A model generated the notes under the pieces. It made no database searches. It saw nothing but the letters and a program-made list of their open reading frames with translations, and had not been told where the DNA came from. 64,000 nucleotides of DNA from an uncultured Syntrophaceae bacterium (GTDB taxonomy: Bacteria; Desulfobacterota; Syntrophia; Syntrophales; UBA2210). The stretch covers positions 666 through 64,665 of the forward strand of contig CAZSYH010000006.1 in the NCBI GenBank assembly GCA_964610735.1, given 5' to 3'. Positions 57,629 through 64,000 of this stretch are shown here, piece after piece. Made by a program: the position numbers and the translations under genes. Each line of letters starts with the position of its first letter. The first letter of the stretch is position 1.

Positions 57629-58234
57629 ATGCTGCTGAAGATAAATAGCAAAAATCCCCAGGCGCGGCTTATAAAAAGGGCCGCTCAAGTGCTGAATGAC
57701 GGCGGTATTGTGGTTTATCCCACAGATACATCTTATGGAATGGGGTGTGATCTGTTCAATAAAAGGGGTATCGAGAAGATATATGAGATAAAAAAGAGGA
57801 ACAAAAATCAGCCCTTCAGCTTTATCTGTGCCGATCTTGGTGATATAAGCAACTATGCGGTGGTGACCAATTACGCGTATAAAATCATGAAGCGGCTGCT
57901 GCCCGGTCCCTATACCTTTATACTGGGGTCATCCAGGCTGGTTCCGAAGATTCTGCTGCCGAAGAGGAAAGAGGTAGGAATAAGGATACCGGACAACGAG
58001 ATATGTCTTTCTCTTGTCAGAGAATTCGGGGGTCCGATAATCAGCACCACAGTAAAATCGAGTGAGGATGAGATAATAACAGATCCGGATATAATAGAAG
58101 AGAAACTTGGATATTGCATAGATCTGATTATAGATGGAGATATCCTGCTTCCTGAGCTGTCAACGGTTGTGAATCTTGCTAATGATACGCCCGAAATAGT
58201 CAGAGAAGGGAAGGGCGATCCAGATGTATTTTGA
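57629..58234 (+). CDS. YrdC/Sua5-family threonylcarbamoyl-AMP synthase (YciO-like)
   Basis: NPQARLI, YPTDTSYG, LLPGPYTFIL, VGIRIP and REGKGD. Confidence 0.85.
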   Translation: MLLKINSKNPQARLIKRAAQVLNDGGIVVYPTDTSYGMGCDLFNKRGIEKIYEIKKRNKNQPFSFICADLGDISNYAVVTNYAYKIMKRLLPGPYTFILGSSRLVPKILLPKRKEVGIRIPDNEICLSLVREFGGPIISTTVKSSEDEIITDPDIIEEKLGYCIDLIIDGDILLPELSTVVNLANDTPEIVREGKGDPDVF

Positions 58235-58280
58235 CATGTATCCGAAAGAGGTAACTATTTAGGTTCACAGTTCAGGTCTG

Positions 58281-58326
58281 TCCCGACCTGTCTGCGTGCG
58301 AGTATGCACAGGCAGGCGAGTCGGGA
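58281..58326. repeat. Nested palindromes TCCCGAC[CTGTCTGCGTGCGAGTATGCACAGGCAGG]CGAGTCGGGA
   Basis: The inner element is the reverse orientation of the 21165-21191 element family; flanked by heptamer repeats. Confidence 0.6.
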
Positions 58327-58388
58327 TTTGTAACCTAGATGCCTTCAACCTACAGTCTAAACAACCTGAGTGATTACGAAAGAGGATT

Positions 58389-60104
58389 ATGATGACTAAA
58401 AAAATGCTTATCAATACAATAGATGAAGAAGAAAGCCGGATGGCCATTGTTGAAGACGGCAATCTGGTTGAATATAATGTGAGAATGTCGGTCAAGGAAC
58501 CGACAACCGGTAATATATACAATGGCACTGTACAAAATGTGCAGCAGGGACTGCGGGCGGCCTTTGTGGATTATGGCGTCGGCAAGAGCGGTTTTCTGCC
58601 GCTGCGTGATGTAGCGCCGGAATACTTCAGCGAGGACAGGAAGTTACAAATAGGAAAAAAACTACTGGTGCAGGTTGTAAGAGAAGAAAAAGGATCCAAA
58701 GGCGCCATGCTGACAACACATATATCGCTTCCCGGCCGGTACCTTGTTCTCATGCCTAACAAGCAGGGCAGTGGTGGAATTTCCCGCAAGATAGAGAATG
58801 AAGCGGACAGAAGGAAGCTCAAGGAAGTAATGGGGCAGATAACAGAACAGGAGAATATGGGATTTATCGTTCGCACCGCCGGCATGAGCAGGACAAAACA
58901 GGAGCTTATCCGGGACTATCAGATGCTGTTGAGGCTGTGGAAAGACATGAAAGGAAAATCTGAAAAGACTACAGCGTCCGAATTGATATACCAGGAGACC
59001 GATTTTGCTGTCAGGGCATTCCGGGATTATTATACATCAGATATCAATGAGATACTGGTTGATGACTCAGAAACCGCCCGGAAGATGAGGGATTACTGCA
59101 AGGCTGTTTCGCCAAGAAATGTAAGGATGATAAAGTTTTATAAGGAAGAGACACCGCTGTTCGACCGATATGATATCGAAGACCAGATAAATGAGATATA
59201 TCAGCCGCGCGTGATGCTTAAATCGGGTGTTTCCATCGTAATAGACTCCACCGAAGCGGGGATAACCATCGACGTAAACTCAGGCCGTTTGAAAAAGCGT
59301 GACGTGGAAGAAACCGCGTACACAACAAACATGGAAGCGGCTGTAGAGATAGCGAGGCAACTACGCTTAAGAGACCTTGGAGGACTCATCGTGGTCGATT
59401 TTATCGACATGATGGACAAGAATCACATTAGTCAGGTGGAGAAAGCCTTCCGGGACGCACTGAAGCTGGACAGATCCAGGATACAGATGGCAAAGATATC
59501 CAGATTCGGCATGCTGGAATTATCACGACAGAAGAAACAGTCCACAATACAGGAAATCAGCTATTCGATCTGTCCCTATTGCAGAGGAAATGGTGTCAGA
59601 CCATCCGTGGAATATCTGGCGCTCAGCGCGCTCCGGAGGATTAAAGCCGAGGCGGCAAAAGAGAAGTCTTCGGAGATTGACGTTACTCTTCCACCGGAGG
59701 TAACCACGTATCTCCTCAACCAGAAGAGAAGCCAGTTAAGCAAACTGGAAGCACTTCATGGTGTTTCCGTGACCATCTCGGGAGATTCCAATCTGCTGTG
59801 GGGCGAATTTCAGTCCAAGACGGTGAAGAGAGAGCTGGTCGTTCCCGAGGCCGCGGTTGAAGTCGCCGAAGAGGAAACGAAGCCAACCGTCAGCAGGTCG
59901 CCCCGGAGGAGAAGAAGACCTCGACATACAACACCCGGAAATTCTAAACCTTCCGGAGCTCCCGATAAAGATGCGGTATCATCTGAGGCTGGCGGAGCGG
60001 ATAAACCGGGTGTAACGGAATCGCATACAGTACCTCCTGAGAAAGCGCGGGACTCCACGAAAAAAGGTGGCATAGTAGGCAAGCTGTATGATTTCTTTAA
60101 ATAA
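58389..60104 (+). CDS. rne: Ribonuclease E/G family protein
   Basis: GNIYNG, AAFVDYG, GFIVRTAG, IDVNSG, QLRLRDLGGLIVVDFIDM and Zn-link CPYCRG; short Arg-rich disordered tail. Confidence 0.88.
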   Translation: MMTKKMLINTIDEEESRMAIVEDGNLVEYNVRMSVKEPTTGNIYNGTVQNVQQGLRAAFVDYGVGKSGFLPLRDVAPEYFSEDRKLQIGKKLLVQVVREEKGSKGAMLTTHISLPGRYLVLMPNKQGSGGISRKIENEADRRKLKEVMGQITEQENMGFIVRTAGMSRTKQELIRDYQMLLRLWKDMKGKSEKTTASELIYQETDFAVRAFRDYYTSDINEILVDDSETARKMRDYCKAVSPRNVRMIKFYKEETPLFDRYDIEDQINEIYQPRVMLKSGVSIVIDSTEAGITIDVNSGRLKKRDVEETAYTTNMEAAVEIARQLRLRDLGGLIVVDFIDMMDKNHISQVEKAFRDALKLDRSRIQMAKISRFGMLELSRQKKQSTIQEISYSICPYCRGNGVRPSVEYLALSALRRIKAEAAKEKSSEIDVTLPPEVTTYLLNQKRSQLSKLEALHGVSVTISGDSNLLWGEFQSKTVKRELVVPEAAVEVAEEETKPTVSRSPRRRRRPRHTTPGNSKPSGAPDKDAVSSEAGGADKPGVTESHTVPPEKARDSTKKGGIVGKLYDFFK

Positions 60105-60170
60105 ACAGATGTTGAACTGAATAGCTATCTCATTCCCGCTACTTGCGGCGGGGTTGGTGAGCGAATAAAA

Positions 60171-60208
60171 GCTTCCCTTAATCTCGCTTATGCGGGATTG
60201 AGGGAAGC
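60171..60208. terminator. Strong 17-bp hairpin downstream of rne
   Basis: GCTTCCCTTAATCTCGC-TTAT-GCGGGATTGAGGGAAGC. Confidence 0.5.
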
Positions 60209-60275
60209 GTCATTATCCTTTTCCATATGCCGACATATCGAAAATCCGGGTTCAAATTCCCAGGTGAAAAGGAAT

Positions 60276-61901
60276 ATGAAAAGAATTTCAGGAAACATTG
60301 TTGATGTATTGAATTCCAGAATCTACGCGGGAACCCTCGTTATTTCGGAGGGCAGGATAGCCGACATTATCCGGGAAGAAACAGGTGATGATACGTACAT
60401 CATGCCCGGTTTTGTAGATGCCCATATTCATATTGAAAGCTCAATGCTGACACCCGCTGAATTTTCCAGGATAGCGACCGTGCATGGCACGGTTGCCACG
60501 GTATCAGATCCGCATGAGATCGCGAATGTGCTTGGTATTGAAGGCGTGAAGTATATGATAGAAGACGCCAGAAAATCCCCGGTGAAGATTTGTTTCGGAG
60601 CGCCTTCCTGCGTTCCGGCAACACCCTTTGAGACAGCGGGCGCCGTGCTGGGAGTGGAAGAAGTGGAAGAACTGCTTAAGCTCAGTGAGATTGGATACCT
60701 GAGTGAAGTCATGAATTTCCCTGGAGTTCTAAACGGCGATAAGGAGATCATGGACAAAATCCGCGTTGCCGCAGAATACTCTAAACCGGTGGACGGCCAT
60801 GCTCCGGGCCTGCGCGGAGGTGAACTGGAGAGATACATAAACGCCGGGATATCGACAAATCATGAATGTCTTTCGTGTGACGAGGCGCTTGAGAACATCG
60901 AAAAGGGTGTTAAGGTTCAAATCAGAAAAGGGTCCGCGGCTGATATCTTTGAAGAGTGTCTTCCTATCCTTGACGAGCACTACGAAAGCTGTATGTTTTG
61001 CAGTGATGACAAACACCCCGATGACCTGCTGAAGGGTCACATCAATGATATGGTGAAAGGGGCGATTGATTACGGCGTTGATGTCATGAAAGTTCTGAGG
61101 GTCGCGTCGGTGAATCCTGCATTGCACTATCGCCTGGATGTGGGTCTGCTTCGCAAGGGCGATCCAGCTGATTTTATCAGGGTTGACAACCTTGGCGACC
61201 TCAATATCCTGGAAACGTATATAAATGGCAGGGCCGTGGCGCGTGAGGGTGTTCCGCTGATACCCCGAAGGGCTTCAAAGATTGTCAACAACTTTCATGC
61301 GGCCCCCAAAGAGCCCGCTTCATTTGCGATCCCCTGCAGAGGGAACAGAATAAACATTATAAAGGCCACTGACGGCACTTTGTTTACAGACAGATTGATT
61401 GAAATTCCAAAGGTGGAAAACGGCTGTGCGATGTCGGACACGAAGAGGGATATCCTCAAGCTGGCAGTCGTGAACCGTTACAGAGATACAAAACCGGCAG
61501 TGGGTTTTGCCGGCAACTTTGGCATAAAAACCGGCGCGATTGCATCCAGCGTGGCGCATGACTCCCACAACATTGTGGCCGTAGGGGTTTCCGATGAGGA
61601 TATATGCAGGGTTGTCAATCTTGTTATCTGTAACCGTGGTGGAATAGGGGCCGTTTCGGGAAGCAGAGAGATGGTACTCCCGTTGCCGATCGCCGGCATC
61701 ATGAGTGATAAGGATTACGTCGGCGTGGCCGACAAATACATAAAGCTTGATGGAATGGCCAAATCCATGGGTTCAAAACTACGCGCGCCCTTTATGACTC
61801 TGTCATTCATGGCGCTCCTTGTTATACCCGGGATAAAGATGAGCGACAAGGGGCTGTTCGACGCGGAGAAATTCAGGATGATGGATGTTTTTTGCGGGTA
61901 G
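60276..61901 (+). CDS. ade: Adenine deaminase
   Basis: PGFVDAHIHIESSML, SDPHEIANV, DGHAPGL, SDDKHP, ASSVAHDSHN and PFMTLSFMAL. Confidence 0.95.
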   Translation: MKRISGNIVDVLNSRIYAGTLVISEGRIADIIREETGDDTYIMPGFVDAHIHIESSMLTPAEFSRIATVHGTVATVSDPHEIANVLGIEGVKYMIEDARKSPVKICFGAPSCVPATPFETAGAVLGVEEVEELLKLSEIGYLSEVMNFPGVLNGDKEIMDKIRVAAEYSKPVDGHAPGLRGGELERYINAGISTNHECLSCDEALENIEKGVKVQIRKGSAADIFEECLPILDEHYESCMFCSDDKHPDDLLKGHINDMVKGAIDYGVDVMKVLRVASVNPALHYRLDVGLLRKGDPADFIRVDNLGDLNILETYINGRAVAREGVPLIPRRASKIVNNFHAAPKEPASFAIPCRGNRINIIKATDGTLFTDRLIEIPKVENGCAMSDTKRDILKLAVVNRYRDTKPAVGFAGNFGIKTGAIASSVAHDSHNIVAVGVSDEDICRVVNLVICNRGGIGAVSGSREMVLPLPIAGIMSDKDYVGVADKYIKLDGMAKSMGSKLRAPFMTLSFMALLVIPGIKMSDKGLFDAEKFRMMDVFCG

Positions 61902-62034
61902 GGGCGACTTCAGCCGCCCATCAAATTTCTCTTGCCCTCATTTATATCTGAGTAGTTAAGATTTTTTAACATGTGGGAAAAACTTGACAAACGCCAACTG
62001 ACAGTTTAAGAGTAGGTTATTGAGTATTCATAAG

Positions 62035-62142
62035 TAGTGTCGTGTCAATCAAGAAATGTCATTTCGACCGCAGGGAGAAATCCAGGATTTCTCAGTCGTG
62101 AAGACTCCTTCGAAATGACAGAGTATCGTTGACATGACAGTA
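62035..62142. mobile_element. MITE-like element enclosing a REP-like palindrome
   Basis: 14-bp TIRs TAGTGTCGTGTCAA / TTGACATGACAGTA (12/14 complementary). Inner palindrome TGTCATTTCGA...GAGAAATCC/GGATTTCTC...TCGAAATGACA (62057-62120). Confidence 0.55.
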
Positions 62143-62360
62143 GCTACACATTAGCCGCAGAGAGATTAAATCGAAAGCAGCACGGGGGAGTAGGAGTATT
62201 ACCGCCGGATGCGAGGGAGAGAGGGGAACGAAGGTATCTGCAAGGCTGTCTGTAGGTTAGAGTGAAAAAAGAGGGATATTTATATAGCCGGTCATCAACA
62301 GCGGGTGGCCGATCTTTTCTGTGCTATTCCCAGAGAAATGGGTTAGGAGCAGATTTGGTA

Positions 62361-62423
62361 TTGATTATCCTGAAACATGTAGATACACTTTAAACGATAA
62401 GCGACCTATAATTAATGTTCTGC
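62361..62423 (+). promoter_or_regulatory. Pc-like promoter and attI-like simple site
   Basis: TTGATT-17-TACACT (62361-62389); CCTATAA-5 nt-GTTCTGC (62405-62423). Confidence 0.55.
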
Positions 62424-62453
62424 TTCTAAATCAAAATGCATCAGGGGTAAAAA

Positions 62454-62741
62454 ATGAAGATTCGGTTTTATATTGATCCAGAAACCAATCAACCCCATAC
62501 TTATAACCACAAAATTAGCGAAAATGAAATTGCAGACGTGTTAGAGAAGCCAGGTGAAGATCGTCCAGGCCGTGAAGGTTCTCGTATCTGTATAGGACAA
62601 ACAAAAAGTGGAAGATATCTACGTGTTATTTATGTCCCTGATCCTGTACCTCAAAGTGTTTTCGTAATTACGGCGTATGATTTAACAGGCAAAGCAATTA
62701 AAGCCTATAAACGTCGCAGAAGGAGAAAGTTGAAATGGTGA
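62454..62741 (+). CDS. BrnT/DUF4258-like toxin (putative)
   Basis: 95 aa basic protein with NHKISENEIADVL, IGQTKSGRYLRVIY and FVITAY. Confidence 0.75.
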   Translation: MKIRFYIDPETNQPHTYNHKISENEIADVLEKPGEDRPGREGSRICIGQTKSGRYLRVIYVPDPVPQSVFVITAYDLTGKAIKAYKRRRRRKLKW

Positions 62742-62950
62742 AGCAAAGCAAATACCCAAAAAGGTGGGATGAAGCACGTGTACAACGTGTGCTTGAGCAT
62801 TATGAAGCTCAATCTGAAGAAGAAGCTGTTGCCGAGGATGAAGCAGCTTACGAAGATAAGGAACAGACTTTTATAGAAGTCCCCAATGAATTGGTCGCTG
62901 TTGTTCGAGAGCTTATTGCAAAAAAGACAGATCTGACACCAAATATTTGA
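62735..62950 (+). CDS. Putative antitoxin (small acidic protein)
   Basis: 71 aa acidic protein overlapping the toxin gene; YEAQSEEEAVAEDEAAY...IEVPNELV. Confidence 0.65.
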   Translation: MVKQSKYPKRWDEARVQRVLEHYEAQSEEEAVAEDEAAYEDKEQTFIEVPNELVAVVRELIAKKTDLTPNI

Positions 62951-63009
62951 GCAGAACAATTTGCTGGAGGGGACGCGCAAAAAGCCCCCCCCTCAGCAAC
63001 ACGGTGGTA
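62951..63009 (+). mobile_element. Degenerate integron attC site
   Basis: R'' GCAGAAC immediately after the stop; TTGCTG-G-AGGGG pairs with CCCCT-CAGCAA with one extrahelical base; the R' position reads GGT instead of GTT. Confidence 0.7.
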
Positions 63010-63050
63010 GGAATTTTGCGAAAATATGCCCGCAAATATAAAAAATGATT

Positions 63051-63070
63051 CTCTCTCTCTCTCTCTCTCT
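63051..63070. repeat. (CT)10 microsatellite
   Basis: Read directly from the sequence. Confidence 0.9.
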
Positions 63071-63132
63071 TATCTACTTGTAATTATTAAGGAAGATATT
63101 TTGTACCCGCTTGGGGAGGGTGCTGTAATATC

Positions 63133-63177
63133 AAAAGAACCCCATTAGTTTCATTGACGGAACTGGTGGGGTTTTTT
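63133..63177 (+). terminator. Rho-independent terminator (possibly bidirectional)
   Basis: AACCCCATTAGTT...AACTGGTGGGGTT stem followed by a T run and preceded by an A run. Confidence 0.65.
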
Positions 63178-63230
63178 CATTTTTGTGCCGAACTCACATA
63201 ACCCGTTAAAATAACACGGAGGATTGCGTT

Positions 63231-64000
63231 ATGCTTCCTGATCAGCAAACATCATCGCAAATGAACATTCTCGTGGTCGATGACGATCAGGATTTTCGCT
63301 GGACTGTGAGTAACGTTCTGAAGGCATCCGGATATGGAGTGCTTGAGGCGGAAGATGGAAGAGCCGCCCTGAAAGTCCTGAAAAAAGATATTCCGAATCT
63401 GATCTTGCTGGATTATCGAATGCCCGGAGAGACAGGATTGCAGATTGCCCCGAAAATACAAAAAGAAGTTCCGGAAGTTCCCATTATCATGATTACCGCC
63501 TACGCAGACGTAGAGTCCGCCGTTAAGGCCATGAAGATGGGCGCATATGACTACATCTCAAAACCGGTTGATAACCATGATCTTATCTTTACAATCAAGC
63601 GGGTGCTGGAGAAACAGGGACTTACCCGGGAAGTAGAACATTTAAGAAAAGTCTTGAAAAAGAAAGATTCACTTCATGAGTTGATGGGAAGTAGCGAACA
63701 AATCGATAAACTGGTTGACCTGATAGGAAAGGTGGCCCCCACCTCCTATACTGTTTTGATAGAAGGAGAAAGCGGCACAGGCAAGGAGCTTGTGGCCCTC
63801 GCCATCCACGGTTTGAGTGAGATGAGGGAAGGGCCATTTGTCGCTGTGGACTGCGGCGCAATTCCTGAAACCCTGATAGAAAGCGAACTCTTCGGCTACA
63901 TGAAGGGAGCGTTTACGGGAGCTCATGCAGACAAGCCGGGTCAGTTCGAGCTGGCTGAAGGAGGCACACTTTTTTTAGATGAGGTGGGAAATCTTTCTTA
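63231..64000 (+). CDS. Sigma-54-dependent response regulator, NtrC family (3'-truncated by window edge)
   Basis: Not in the ORF track (no stop in window). Manual translation gives [47 protein letters not shown] and [18 protein letters not shown]. Confidence 0.93.
   Translation, partial: MLPDQQTSSQMNILVVDDDQDFRWTVSNVLKASGYGVLEAEDGRAALKVLKKDIPNLILLDYRMPGETGLQIAPKIQKEVPEVPIIMITAYADVESAVKAMKMGAYDYISKPVDNHDLIFTIKRVLEKQGLTREVEHLRKVLKKKDSLHELMGSSEQIDKLVDLIGKVAPTSYTVLIEGESGTGKELVALAIHGLSEMREGPFVAVDCGAIPETLIESELFGYMKGAFTGAHADKPGQFELAEGGTLFLDEVGNLS

Noticed and set aside
60105-60275. Purine riboswitch upstream of adenine deaminase
   Set aside because: The conserved core (TATAAT...GATATGG...GTTTCTACC...CCGTAAA...GACTA) is absent; only simple hairpins are present.
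62143-62345. Possible yybP-ykoY riboswitch (GGGGAGTAG ... GTCATCAACA) or second attC / intI fragment
   Set aside because: The closing GAGACC-type element and pairing stems are not evident, there is no cognate transporter downstream, no attC-like pairing precedes GTTAGGA, and minus-strand translations show no integrase motifs.
1-64000. Numerous antisense/overlapping ORFs in the six-frame track (e.g. 761-1453, 10687-11481, 17932-18672, 28926-29966)
   Set aside because: They are shadows of well-supported genes on the opposite strand and have no recognisable motifs.

Overview
Bacterial chromosomal window, most likely from an anaerobic deltaproteobacterium (Desulfobacterota/Syntrophales-like; inferred from gene content and protein style, not from a database search). 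It is mostly housekeeping and envelope genes: the end of an mla (MCE) transporter operon; a near-complete type II secretion cluster on the minus strand (gspF-G-H // gspI // gspJ-K-L-M-N-C-exeA-exeB-like-gspD-gspE), interrupted by an inverted HEAT-repeat membrane protein + CPBP protease pair and by an internally deleted AAA_14 ATPase pseudogene; a DUF4301 gene; pilT/pilT-like ATPases; a Cam-type gamma carbonic anhydrase, coaE and a CoA-transferase-like/GNAT fusion; the pstSCAB-phoU-phoR-phoB locus with a four-repeat Pho box; ltaE, dapL, fabK-like and cyclophilin genes; an accessory redox/metal block (triple thioredoxin-fold protein, NifB/NifX-like, ArsP_2-type permease, Tat Fe-S protein + cytochrome b); xth; an amidase with 4 LysM repeats; hrpA, murJ, RNase E/G and adenine deaminase; and the start of an NtrC-type regulator. 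No rRNA, tRNA, CRISPR array or intact transposase was seen. The most notable observations are: (1) an integrase-less integron remnant (promoter + attI-like site + toxin-antitoxin cassette + degenerate attC) at ~62.36-63.01 kb; (2) a CPBP/HEAT pair embedded in the T2SS cluster, a candidate protein-sorting system; (3) a CoA-transferase-like domain lacking its catalytic Glu fused to a Pat-like GNAT, a candidate acyl-CoA-sensing acetyltransferase; (4) degenerate heptamer repeats and nested palindromic elements in intergenic spacers, one of them translated into the GspH prepilin leader; and (5) an MlaD with a probable C-terminal beta-barrel.
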